Numbered from the stretch's first letter, positions 17,208 through 26,590 are shown. The stretch: 64,000 nt of DNA from Candidatus Poribacteria bacterium (GCA_012271015.1 JAAXHD010000105.1:5417-69416), one strand, 5' to 3'. Program-made: numbers and translations. Notes: generated by a model not told the origin, from the letters alone.

Positions 17208-18161
17208 CTAATCGACTAAGGAGATAACACCTTTTTTCCGTTGAAGGACGGCATCATAGAACCGCATCGTGCCAACACAGTCGTGTATACTGGATATTGG
17301 CTCTCGATCTTCACGAATAGCGTTGACGAACTCAGTGAGACTGATGCCGTCCCCAGTTAGCTCTCCGTTGCGTTGATCAGAGAAGTTTGAGGTGAAGGTA
17401 TTCCCGGATTCCGTGAAGTGTTGCGCACCCCACAATCCATCTAAAACGATGTATTCGTGTTGTCCGGTAATTTCGATGTAGTCATAGTTACGCTGCCATA
17501 AACGTTGACTGGTCAACTGCAAACTTCCCACCGCGCCGTTGGTGTATTCTACAGCGACAGCAAAGGCACCTTGCCCATCGACCTCGTTGTGAAAAACGCT
17601 AAGTTCCTTCACATCGGCACCGGCGATGTGTCGAGCCAAATCGAAGTGGTGAATAGCGAAATCAAGCAGATAACTTTTGACTGTCGGATATTTCCCACTG
17701 CAGAACGAACAGAAGAGTTGGGTGAGTTGCCCGAAGGATTCGGTCTGCATAATTTGCCTTGCTTCTCGCACACCGAGGCTGAACCGACGTTGGAAGTTTA
17801 CCATTAGCGTCTTATTGTGCTGTTCTGCGGTTTCCGCCAGTGTGAGTGTTTCCGCGAGCGATGGCGCGGGAGGTTTCGGTACGAAGACGTGGTATCCTGC
17901 TGCGAGCGTCTCAAGCACAAGTGGCTGCCTTGGGTCGGGTCCCATGGATATGATGACTGCTTCCAAGTCTTCTTTTTCAAACATGTCGTGTCGATCGGTG
18001 TAGTATCTGCCTGTACCGAATTTACCAGCGGCATCTTTTGCACGATCTTCATCGGCATCGCAAACAGCTTGTAATGCAACTGGTGCGAGATGTAATGCGG
18101 GATAAATGGTGTGCCTTGCGAAACCGCCGGCACCGAGAAATCCAATCCGAAGTGGTTCCAT
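17208..18161 (-). CDS. Gfo/Idh/MocA-family oxidoreductase
   Basis: N-terminal LRIGFLGAGGFARH Rossmann motif, followed by VFVPKPPA (the EKP-like motif region). 317 aa. Confidence 0.8.
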   Translation of the reverse strand: MEPLRIGFLGAGGFARHTIYPALHLAPVALQAVCDADEDRAKDAAGKFGTGRYYTDRHDMFEKEDLEAVIISMGPDPRQPLVLETLAAGYHVFVPKPPAPSLAETLTLAETAEQHNKTLMVNFQRRFSLGVREARQIMQTESFGQLTQLFCSFCSGKYPTVKSYLLDFAIHHFDLARHIAGADVKELSVFHNEVDGQGAFAVAVEYTNGAVGSLQLTSQRLWQRNYDYIEITGQHEYIVLDGLWGAQHFTESGNTFTSNFSDQRNGELTGDGISLTEFVNAIREDREPISSIHDCVGTMRFYDAVLQRKKGVISLVD

Positions 18162-18608
18162 TTTTTAATTATTCCTTGCGGACGGTAAGAAGGCTGATGT
18201 CAAAACGTCCGTGAGTTGTGTCCGCAGTTAACGATGTTGACTGCTACAATCTTTAGTCCTCTTTCTCGTCAATTCCCAGAGAAGATTCAAAAAATTGTCC
18301 AAAGTTTGGTACTATTAAGGTTTGTAGGCAATTTAGCAGACCTTCGGATTCCTGTAAAGTAATTTTTGTTTTTACATCGGCGGTAGATTGCAAATTTTGA
18401 TTCAACCTAATTGCGAAAATTGTGTCAAAATATAAAATAGCCTTCAGCAGTCAGGTCGCTACACTTTCAGGAGTCAGTGACTTGTGTGGTAATTGTTAAG
18501 GATTATAGTCCCGATAAAGTTCTTTGATTCTCACTGCAAAGCAGACTGATAACTGATGGCTGACAATTCTATAGATACAAAAAGTTTGGATAGGAAGAAA
18601 AAAAAAGA

Positions 18609-19982
18609 ATGCCTAAGAAAGTAGGTGACCAACGGCGAAACTTCCGATTTGGGGTGATCCAAGGCACCTTTATGCGTATCAACTTAGCGTTTGCGGATTC
18701 ATCGACGGTGCTTCCTGCTTTTATCCATAAATTAAGCGGTTCCGATATTCTGGTGGGTTTAACGGGTTCAATGATGACAGCAGGATGGATGTGGCCCCAA
18801 CTGCTGATGTCAAACCTACTTGAACATCGTCCGAGAAAAATGCCGTTCTACGCGCTCGGTATGAGCGTTCGCGTTTTAGCATGGCTTGCTGTCTTTTTCT
18901 GCACTATCACAATTGGTGAGCAAAAACCGATGTTGCTTGCCGTCTCCTTTCTGTGTCTCTATTTCATATCTTCCTCCGCCATGGGCGTTTCGACACTTCC
19001 GTACATGGACATCGTTTCCAAAGCGATAGCCCCACAGCAGCGCGCCCGTTTCTTTAGCGTGCGACAACTCTATGGTGGTTTTTTCGCTATCTGGGTTGGG
19101 TTTCTTGTTCGTGCGGTGCTCGGGGACGAATCCGAATTTACCGGTATACTCGGTAGTATTACACAGACTTTCAAAGCGTCCACGATGTTTTTTATCGGTT
19201 CCGTCTGTCGTCTGGATACCGATCTGGGGTTCCCCTATAACTACGCCTTTCTCTTTATCTGCTCGGTGACCTCAGCGTTCCTCTCTTTCGTGAGTTTCTT
19301 GGGTGTGCGCGAGCCTATTCATCCTGTCCATCCGAGGCGTCAACCGATGTGGCAACATTTAAAACACGGGGCGTACTTCCTACGGACAGACACAAATTAT
19401 CGGCGCTTTATTCTCTTCCGTGTCTTTGCACATTTCTCTGGTATGGCAGCCCCCTTTTATATGCCTTATGCGTTGAATGAGTTGGGATTTTCAGAGGCAA
19501 CAATGGGATTTTTCATTGTCTGTTCCGCGCTAAGTGGTGTCGTTTCAAACACACTTTGGGGGCACATCGGGGAAAAATATGGTGTGCGATGGTTGTTGAT
19601 TATCACGGCAGGGTTGATGGGTATCCCTCCTGCTCTTGCTTTTTCATCGGGGATACTGCCGATTTCATTACAGATGCCCGCCTTCCTCCTGATTTTCATT
19701 GTTGGAGGCGTACTGTCAAACGGCATGATGGTAGGTTTTATGGCATATATGTTGAATATCGCGCCGCCTCGGAACCGTCCGAGTTACATCGGTTTCATGA
19801 ACACGCTGCTCATGCCCGTGAGTTTCGGACCTCTTCTTGCTGGATTTCTTGCCCCTTATATCGGCTATCAGTGGTTGTTCGCCATATCGGTAAGTATCTG
19901 CCTTGCCGCCTTTCGCATTGGATTACAGTTAAAGGAAATCATGCACGAAGATGAGATGGCAGAGGAAACTGACGATTTTTAA
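18609..19982 (+). CDS. MFS-type transporter
   Basis: 457 aa with about 12 hydrophobic segments in two halves joined by a central cytoplasmic loop (REPIHPVHPRRQPMWQHLKHG). Confidence 0.7.
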   Translation: MPKKVGDQRRNFRFGVIQGTFMRINLAFADSSTVLPAFIHKLSGSDILVGLTGSMMTAGWMWPQLLMSNLLEHRPRKMPFYALGMSVRVLAWLAVFFCTITIGEQKPMLLAVSFLCLYFISSSAMGVSTLPYMDIVSKAIAPQQRARFFSVRQLYGGFFAIWVGFLVRAVLGDESEFTGILGSITQTFKASTMFFIGSVCRLDTDLGFPYNYAFLFICSVTSAFLSFVSFLGVREPIHPVHPRRQPMWQHLKHGAYFLRTDTNYRRFILFRVFAHFSGMAAPFYMPYALNELGFSEATMGFFIVCSALSGVVSNTLWGHIGEKYGVRWLLIITAGLMGIPPALAFSSGILPISLQMPAFLLIFIVGGVLSNGMMVGFMAYMLNIAPPRNRPSYIGFMNTLLMPVSFGPLLAGFLAPYIGYQWLFAISVSICLAAFRIGLQLKEIMHEDEMAEETDDF

Positions 19983-20158
19983 TTTATCGGCCTCTGAGAT
20001 GTCCTCCACTACGTTACGAGCAGATTTACAATCGTTAAGAAACCATTTTTCACCTAAAGCAGATTTTTTTATGCCCAGGAAACACCGTGTAAGGTATAAC
20101 AAAAAGCGCACAGTCCGTCCGCGTAGCGGAGGATAGATGGATGGAAATGGAGGTTTGG

Positions 20159-21172
20159 ATGAAAGTTGTTGCAAAATTCGGTCCCGAAAGCGCGGGCTTA
20201 ATAGATAAGCCCGATCCGATTGCCAAGGGTGAGTTCGTCGTCGTTAAGATTCATTCGGTCCCTATGTGTACGGAATATAAAGGCTTCAAAACAGAAGGTA
20301 AGAACGACAGTTTCGGTCACGAAGCCGCCGGTGAAGTGGTAGAAATCGCACAAGAGGGCACTGTTAAGGTAGGCGACCGCGTTGTCGTGATGCCACACTT
20401 TCCGTGTGGAAAGTGTCATCTCTGCTTAACAGGCGAATATGCCCATTGTGAGGATGACAATAAGATCCTACACGCCACCGAACAGACGGGTGTGACGGCG
20501 ACTTTTGCGCAGTACGTCCTTAAACAGGACTGGCTACTGGTGCCGATTCCGGACGGGATGTCCTATGACCACGCTGGAATGGCATGTTGTGGGCTTGGAT
20601 CAACATCTAATGCGATGCGGTTGATGAATGTCAACGCGTTTGATACTGTTCTGATTACGGGGATGGGACCTATTGGGCTTGGTGGCGTGATTAACGCAGT
20701 GTATAGAGGCGCGCGTGTCATCGCTGTTGAGAGCCATCCGTATCGGGCAGACTTGGCGAAAAAACTCGGTGCGGCGGAAGTCGTCAATCCGCACGACGCG
20801 GATGCCGTCGATCAGATTCTGGATTTGACAGGTGGTAAAGGCACAGACAAAGGCGTGGAGTGCTCAGCGGCTTCCGCCGCAGTCCGATTACTGATTGAGG
20901 TAACACGCCCGAAAGGACACATTTCATTGATCGGTGGAATTGGCGAAGTGGACATTCAGGGCAGTAGTATTATCAATAAAGGCTTGACATTACACGGCAC
21001 GCGGCATTACAATCTCGCAGACACACCTGCCATGCTGCGGATGATTACGCAAGTGAAGGAGCAGCTGGATACATTCATCACGCACACCTTTCCTATGAGT
21101 CAGATTCAAGATGCGTGGGCGTTGCAGTGTACACATGATTGCGGGAAAGTCGTTCTTGGCGCGTGGAAATAA
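20159..21172 (+). CDS. Zn-dependent alcohol/polyol dehydrogenase (MDR family)
   Basis: GHEAAGEVVEI, the structural-zinc motif CGKCHLCLTGEYAHC, and ITGMGPIGLG (Rossmann). Start is set at ATG 20159, with GGAGG 5 nt upstream. Confidence 0.8.
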   Translation: MKVVAKFGPESAGLIDKPDPIAKGEFVVVKIHSVPMCTEYKGFKTEGKNDSFGHEAAGEVVEIAQEGTVKVGDRVVVMPHFPCGKCHLCLTGEYAHCEDDNKILHATEQTGVTATFAQYVLKQDWLLVPIPDGMSYDHAGMACCGLGSTSNAMRLMNVNAFDTVLITGMGPIGLGGVINAVYRGARVIAVESHPYRADLAKKLGAAEVVNPHDADAVDQILDLTGGKGTDKGVECSAASAAVRLLIEVTRPKGHISLIGGIGEVDIQGSSIINKGLTLHGTRHYNLADTPAMLRMITQVKEQLDTFITHTFPMSQIQDAWALQCTHDCGKVVLGAWK

Positions 21173-21208
21173 AATTAACCTGACCTGCTTTGACGAAAGG
21201 GGACCGCT

Positions 21209-22261
21209 ATGAATTCGATGGCAAATGACATGCCTCTGTCAACACCACTGGATGTTCGCCGAGGGGGTACAGATGCGGCAGATGTCGCTTTTCCATTGCG
21301 TTGGGGTATCCTCGGTGCCGGTAACATTTCCGCACAGTGGGTGTGGGCTTTACACGCCTGCGAAGGCGCAACTATAACCGCTGTGGCGGCACGGGAAATT
21401 GATCGAGCGGAGGAATTTGCGAGACAATATGGCATCGCTACTGCTTACGGCGACTACAGGAAAATGGTCGCAGCCGATGACGTAGATATTGTATACATCG
21501 GCACAATTAACCCACTGCACAAGGAACACACGCTTCTCGCGATTGAAGCGGGCAAGCATGTGCTCTGTGAGAAACCACTCACCGAGACCCTTTCCGATGC
21601 TCAAGAGATGTATGCAGCAGCCGAAGAGAAGGATGTGATGATGCAGGATGGCATGTGGACGCGTTTCTTTCCTGCAGTGGAGCATGCTCGCGCCGCCATT
21701 GAAGCAGGCACGATCGGAGAGGTTGTGCTAACGCAGTCCGACTTTTTTGACCCGATCTATACCATACAAGCGGCACCGCTGGCGTTCGGTGCGTCGGCAG
21801 TGCCAAGAGCGGTCATGGCTTTGGGTAATAGAGTCGGTGGCGCGATTGTGGATTACGGGGACGATAAGTACGCCGTCCTGACATTTCCGCCGCGTAACTC
21901 TGAGCTCCCAGAAGTGACAGAACTCGTCGGCACAGAGGGACGTATCACGCTTGAGCGACCCGCACATTGTCCAACGCGTGTTTCTATCCGAATCCCACCA
22001 TCGAATGGCGTGCCTTCGCAATACAGGACACGAAACGCACCTGCCCCGCTGCATTACTTTGAGTATCCGCTGCCGGGGTCTGTGGCGATGGCGAGATCCT
22101 CTCCGAATCAACACGGTTTTCTCTACCAAGCTGAAGCAATTCACCGCTGTCTCGCTGCTGGTTTGCGTCAGTGTCCGCAATACGATAAAGAGGAGTCATT
22201 GCACTCCATGAACGTGTTGACGGAAATTAACAAAGCGAAACAAGCGGCGGCAAATCGCTAA
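21209..22261 (+). CDS. Gfo/Idh/MocA-family oxidoreductase
   Basis: LRWGILGAGNISAQW Rossmann motif and HVLCEKPL consensus. 350 aa. Confidence 0.8.
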   Translation: MNSMANDMPLSTPLDVRRGGTDAADVAFPLRWGILGAGNISAQWVWALHACEGATITAVAAREIDRAEEFARQYGIATAYGDYRKMVAADDVDIVYIGTINPLHKEHTLLAIEAGKHVLCEKPLTETLSDAQEMYAAAEEKDVMMQDGMWTRFFPAVEHARAAIEAGTIGEVVLTQSDFFDPIYTIQAAPLAFGASAVPRAVMALGNRVGGAIVDYGDDKYAVLTFPPRNSELPEVTELVGTEGRITLERPAHCPTRVSIRIPPSNGVPSQYRTRNAPAPLHYFEYPLPGSVAMARSSPNQHGFLYQAEAIHRCLAAGLRQCPQYDKEESLHSMNVLTEINKAKQAAANR

Positions 22262-22274
22262 TCGGATATCAGGG

Positions 22275-23213
22275 TTATCGCTCTACCCAATTAGAAACTT
22301 TGCCGTCCGTGTGGCTCTCGGGGACCTCGGCTTGGAACCTCGCCTTCCTTGCCTCGCGATCTGTATCCTCATCAAACAAGGCAAGTAAGCGCACTTCAAT
22401 CGTTTCGCGAAGTGGCGCGTCTTCCGGTGTCGTCGGATCGTCTATCGCACCGTGGAAGGCTGTACGCATGTTCGACTTTTCTTGGCGAGTGTCGTACTGC
22501 TTGAAAATCAGTGTTTCCTGTGGTGTCATTCGTGGAAAGTAATACCAACGCTGGTTTGGGCTATGTACGAGTCGTAAACTGACAAGTCGCCTCGGCGTTT
22601 CCGTCTGCGACCAAGCGTCAGCGGCAATTATATCCCCTGCGGCAACCGTTGCCATGTCGCAAATAGCAAGTGGCATGACGAAAATGTCCTGCTCCAAGTT
22701 AGTGCTCCGCCACACATTGTACATCTGAAAGTGCCTTCCATCAGCAATCTTTTCAAACCCATCTTCAGAGTACGGACTGACATCCGAATGGATGCCGCCA
22801 TACGTTCCTTCGCTTCCATTTGCCGTAGGTTTGTTACCACGCGGGTGGTCTTCAGGAAGTCCACCAAATCCATTGCGATATTGGTGTTGCAGCATTCGTG
22901 TTTCGCTGCAACCTGTAATCGCTGTGATGATATCAGAGCATTCCTGATAGAAGTGGGTCGTAACGGTGTCCTGATCATGCAGATTCCTCACCTGTGTGTC
23001 CGCGTCTATCAACTGGAAGCCGTTCGCCTCAAGGTTTGGAGGTGGTTGCAACAGACGCCCGTTGTAAACGTTGATCGATTCCCTTACATACATGCTTTTC
23101 CGTTCATCGGGATTTTCAACCCATTCCGGCGGTGGCATGCGGGTGCCGCGGTATCTCGCGTTCGCAAAGCTGCCAGTCGATTCCACGAAGGGTAGCGTTT
23201 CTCGTTGCGCCAT
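22275..23213 (-). CDS. CmcJ/NvfI/AsaB-like putative oxygenase
   Basis: NGFQLID..., GGIHSDVSP and FQMYNVWRST....MPLAICDMATV match my memory of the CmcJ/AsaB family pattern (GF.l, vH.D, NvWRP......PLA.cD). This is not verified by any search. Confidence 0.5.
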   Translation of the reverse strand: MAQRETLPFVESTGSFANARYRGTRMPPPEWVENPDERKSMYVRESINVYNGRLLQPPPNLEANGFQLIDADTQVRNLHDQDTVTTHFYQECSDIITAITGCSETRMLQHQYRNGFGGLPEDHPRGNKPTANGSEGTYGGIHSDVSPYSEDGFEKIADGRHFQMYNVWRSTNLEQDIFVMPLAICDMATVAAGDIIAADAWSQTETPRRLVSLRLVHSPNQRWYYFPRMTPQETLIFKQYDTRQEKSNMRTAFHGAIDDPTTPEDAPLRETIEVRLLALFDEDTDREARKARFQAEVPESHTDGKVSNWVER

Positions 23214-23444
23214 GGATATTCTCCTTTATGCTGGAAATTTTTAATTATACCTTGCGGAAGAACAACGGATCTTCTGACATGATACGATAGGCTCAATTTG
23301 CTGTCAACAGCGAATTTGATTGGATTAGAGGCATTCAGCTTTAGGCAATCAGTAATCAAGGGTTGACAAGCATTTATCGTCTGAATCAGGATTTGCGGGA
23401 AACCTCTTCAGTCTTTTCAGGAGGAGAGATGATTTGTATTTCCA

Positions 23445-23530
23445 GTGCGGTTGGGAAACCGCACCTACCGGGAATGGTTGTTGATCGTCAGAAGGCGAGG
23501 TTAGGGGGAAACACCCAAGCAAAAACACCC
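23445..23530. repeat. repeat mosaic: GGTTGGGAAACC hairpin + CTACCGGG, then GGCGAGGTTA fused to the 24-nt core
   Basis: GTGCGGTT-GGGA-AACCGCAC (8-bp stem, 23445-23464) followed by CTACCGGG. GGCGAGGTTA-GGGGGAAACACCCAAGCAAAAACACC lies at 23494-23529. Confidence 0.65.
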
Positions 23531-23558
23531 CACCAGCGAAGGAGAAATAAAAAAATCC

Positions 23559-23587
23559 TTGACATTTTTGCGAATTTAAAGTATACT
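23559..23587 (+). promoter_or_regulatory. candidate sigma70-type promoter for the antitoxin/MazF cluster
   Basis: Consensus TTGACA at 23559-23564, an exact 17-nt spacer, then TATACT at 23582-23587. The first antitoxin-like ORF starts at 23675. Confidence 0.55.
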
Positions 23588-23674
23588 GGGGTCATACAGC
23601 ATTAATCAGGTAGGCATTGTTTTTTCTATTCGCTCTCAGTTTTAGTGGAGCGGCATGTTTATAGGAGGTGTCCC

Positions 23675-23887
23675 ATGTCAAAAATTGTTGAAACGACAAT
23701 CGATGCGCAGAACAATACGAAATTAACTCGACCCAATCGGTTGCCGAAACTCAGACGAGCATTTGCGACAATTTTCAGCGAGGAACTCCGAGTTCCTGAA
23801 ATCGCCTTGCTAAGTGAATCTATGCTTACGCGAGACTGGCACCTTTTGGAGGAAGATGCTGCCCGGTCACACCCCCAGCCGGAATAA
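23675..23887 (+). CDS. antitoxin-like small protein, paralogue 1 (no toxin directly downstream)
   Basis: MSKIVETTIDAQNNTKLTRPNRLPKLRRAFATIFSEE..VPEIALLSESMLTRDWHLLEEDAA is collinear with the next ORF. AGGAGG lies 6 nt upstream of ATG 23675. Confidence 0.5.
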   Translation: MSKIVETTIDAQNNTKLTRPNRLPKLRRAFATIFSEELRVPEIALLSESMLTRDWHLLEEDAARSHPQPE

Positions 23888-23910
23888 GTGTTTATTAAAT
23901 GAGGTAAATC

Positions 23911-24141
23911 ATGTTAAAAACTGTCGAAGCGACAATTGATGAACAAGGCAATGTGAAATTAGTCGAACCGATTCAGTTGTCAAAACCTGCCCGCGCGTTT
24001 GTAACGATTTTCAGTGAAGAGCCCAATGTTCCTGAAACTGCTTTGCTAAGTGAAGCCGCACTCGCCGAACATTGGTTGCGTCCAGAGGAAGATGCGGCAT
24101 GGGCCCACCTACAGCATTTAGACCCGGAGAAGTCGTCTTAA
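23911..24141 (+). CDS. antitoxin-like small protein, paralogue 2 (cognate of the MazF-like toxin)
   Basis: MLKTVEATIDEQGNVKLVEPIQLSKPARAFVTIFSEEPNVPETALLSEAALAEHWLRPEEDAAW. Its 3' end overlaps the toxin start. Confidence 0.6.
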   Translation: MLKTVEATIDEQGNVKLVEPIQLSKPARAFVTIFSEEPNVPETALLSEAALAEHWLRPEEDAAWAHLQHLDPEKSS

Positions 24142-24446
24142 TCCGTTTTCCCTTCTCGGATTTATCACAAACAAAATTGAGGCCTGCAGTAATCCTCGCG
24201 GATGCTGGGCGAGAGGATTGGATCCTTAGCCAGGTTACGAGTAATCCACACAGAGGGACACCATTTATCTCGTTAACCGACACTTCTTTTGCTGCCGGTT
24301 CGTTACGTTTCGTAAGTTATGTTCTTCCCGGCAAACTGTTCACTGCCCACCGTACGCTCATAGTCGCACATCTCGGTACTTTAAAATCAGACGCGTTCAA
24401 GGAGATTGCTGAAACTGTTATTAACATTCTCCGCAGAGGGATTTAG
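24099..24446 (+). CDS. MazF/PemK-family toxin-like protein
   Basis: FRPGEVVLIRFPFSDLSQTKLRPAVILA fits the PemK/MazF N-terminal pattern (P.rGdv..v.fp.......K.RPavvl). Start is set at ATG 24099, with GAGGAAG upstream. It overlaps the antitoxin ORF by 43 nt. Confidence 0.7.
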   Translation: MGPPTAFRPGEVVLIRFPFSDLSQTKLRPAVILADAGREDWILSQVTSNPHRGTPFISLTDTSFAAGSLRFVSYVLPGKLFTAHRTLIVAHLGTLKSDAFKEIAETVINILRRGI

Positions 24447-24590
24447 TTTTCGTAATTTTGGTTAATTTTCAGAGGAACTCACTCCTACAAAGTAGAGATT
24501 TTGGACAGAAAATCAAGATTATTAGAGGATTGAATGCTTCTGGCATGCTTCGTACACGTCTGGACTATAGATGCCTAAATTCAAAAAAAT

Positions 24591-25919
24591 ATGAACAAAC
24601 CAAATATAGTATACATTCATTCACACGACACAGGCCGATACGTTCAACCTTATGGGCATGCGATCCCGGCACCGAACATCCAGAAACTTGCGGAAGAGGG
24701 TGTTGTGTTTCGGAACGCATTCTGTGCGAATCCAACCTGTTCACCCTCTCGCGCCGCACTCCTCACCGGACAGTGGGCCCATAGCTGCGGTATGGGGGGC
24801 TTGGCAAATCGAGGGTGGAGCCTTCCGGTCCCGGAGCATCTCATCACCTACACCTTGAATCAGGCTGGATATACCACCGCCTTGGCGGGATTCCAGCATG
24901 TCGTCCGAGATCTCAAGGAGACAGGATATCAACGGCTTTTATCCGAAGGCACCGTGCGAGCAGGAGCAGAAGAACGCGCCCGCGATTTCATTTCGGAGAA
25001 ACATGATGCTCCTTTCTTTTTAGATGTCGGGTTCGGTGAAACGCATCGCCGCGCGAAGGGATTTGATCCACCGCCGGATGGAGAACCGAAAACCGACCCG
25101 CGTTATGTGAAACCCCCTGCCCCGTTCCCTGACACCCCTGTTACTCGACAAGATATGGCGGAATACATAGACGCAGCTCGGACGCTTGATAAGAAAATGG
25201 GTGTGGTTTTTGACGCATTGGAGGAAAATGGACTTGCTGAGAATACACTTGTGATATGCACGACTGATCACGGGCTTGCCTTCCCTCGTATGAAATGCCA
25301 TCTCAGTGATCACGGCATCGGTATCATGCTTATCGTCCGCGGTCCAGGTGGGTTTAGCGGAGGGCAAGTTGTGGACGGATTGGTCAGTCAAATTGACCTT
25401 TTCCCGACTATTTGCGAATTGACAGGAATTGAAGCACCCGCGTGGCTACAGGGTCACTCTGTGCTCCCGTTAGTTCGTGGTGAGGCGGAAGATGTTCGCG
25501 ATGCTATTTTCGCTGAAGTCAACTATCACTGCTGTTATGAACCCCAACGCGCGATCCGAACCAAACGATGGAAATACATCCGCCGCTATGACGATGCGGA
25601 AAAATGGGCACTGCCGAACTGCGATGACAGCATCACTAAAACCTTTATGATGGAGCACGGTTGGGGTGATGATTCCGTTGAATCGGAAAGATTGTACGAT
25701 GTCGTGTTCGACCCATCGGAAGCACACAACCTCGCGGGGAACCACAACTATGCGGAAGTTTTGGCGGAGATGCGAGACCGTTTAGAGCAGTGGCGGACGG
25801 AAACCGATGATCCGGTGAACGAAAATCAGGTTATGGTGCCACCGGAGACGGCTGTGTCGAACGATCCGACGGATATATCACCGGGGGATACGCATTACCC
25901 GGCACGTGATATGCTGTAG
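24591..25919 (+). CDS. sulfatase (Cys-type, formylglycine-dependent), no signal peptide
   Basis: MNKPNIVYIHSHD (metal-binding start of the domain) and the CSPSRAALLTGQ C-x-P-x-R motif. Confidence 0.85.
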   Translation: MNKPNIVYIHSHDTGRYVQPYGHAIPAPNIQKLAEEGVVFRNAFCANPTCSPSRAALLTGQWAHSCGMGGLANRGWSLPVPEHLITYTLNQAGYTTALAGFQHVVRDLKETGYQRLLSEGTVRAGAEERARDFISEKHDAPFFLDVGFGETHRRAKGFDPPPDGEPKTDPRYVKPPAPFPDTPVTRQDMAEYIDAARTLDKKMGVVFDALEENGLAENTLVICTTDHGLAFPRMKCHLSDHGIGIMLIVRGPGGFSGGQVVDGLVSQIDLFPTICELTGIEAPAWLQGHSVLPLVRGEAEDVRDAIFAEVNYHCCYEPQRAIRTKRWKYIRRYDDAEKWALPNCDDSITKTFMMEHGWGDDSVESERLYDVVFDPSEAHNLAGNHNYAEVLAEMRDRLEQWRTETDDPVNENQVMVPPETAVSNDPTDISPGDTHYPARDML

Positions 25920-25948
25920 GGATGTCAAAAACAACCAAGTATCTGTTT

Positions 25949-25970
25949 CGCAGGGTCTCCGTGCCCTGCG
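25949..25970. repeat. REP element, inverted orientation, downstream flank of the RAYT
   Basis: CGCAGGGTCTCCGTGCCCTGCG. Its reverse complement GCAGGGCACGGAGACCCTGC matches the REP consensus seen at 26591-26712. A partial copy GAGACGGGCCCCACCGAACGA lies at 25984-26004. Confidence 0.6.
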
Positions 25971-26016
25971 ATTCTTTTACCTTGAGACGGGCCCCACCGA
26001 ACGATCTTGGTTACAG

Positions 26017-26581
26017 TCATCTATTCAAACGATCAAACTCCCACTTCTGGGGATTGTTCTGAATATAGGTTCGAATTGATTGTAACGCAGATTCAGTGCG
26101 AATAACATGATCGTGAAATCTTGTTCCCCACAACTTTTTGTCAAATCTTTTCCAGTTATTTTCCTTGACCCCGCGAATGTATTGAGTAGTTGTTAAAGAT
26201 TTAAGGCGAGCGATTAAGTCAAGCAGTGACAGGGGTGATCCGGTTGCATGCTGCTGTTGCGGAGGGTCCTTGTGCTCTGCACCCACCGAGGCGATTGGGA
26301 CTTGTTCTAAATCCGCCTTGATAATCAAAATACCATGGAAATGATTCGGCATCACTTGAAAGATATCCAAGCCAACCCGAGGAGAGTAACTTGGCAGTTC
26401 CTGCCAAACATGCTCAACCATGCGACCAGCATCAGTTAAAATTAATGATTCCATCGCGTACGTCGCCAAACAAGCAAGACATATTTCGGGTAGAAAGTGT
26501 GACAAAATACCAACCCGGTTGTGAATAATCATATCCTGGCAAATGATGCGATTTAGAATCAGGGTAATTCATGATACTCAT
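26017..26581 (-). pseudogene. REP-associated tyrosine transposase (RAYT; IS200/IS605 TnpA-like Y1 transposase), frameshifted
   Basis: The N-terminal part HHLPGYDYSQPGWYFVTLSTRNMSCLFGDVRDG is in one frame (ORF 26432..26659). The rest, LTDAGRMVEHVWQELP...VMPNHFHGILII (HUH motif)...RTYIQNNPQKW (catalytic Tyr), is in another frame (ORF 26017..26532). The two frames switch near 26446-26456. Confidence 0.7.
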
Positions 26582-26590
26582 CCTCATTAG

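Noticed and set aside
23363-23605. 80-aa ORF on the plus strand between the CmcJ-like gene and the antitoxin genes.
   Set aside because: It is made entirely of repeat sequence: the hairpin at 23445, the 24-nt core (which translates to GNTQAKTP, the same peptide seen in the extension of the ORF at 53250) and the TTGACA-17-TATACT promoter. It has no RBS and its composition is not protein-like.
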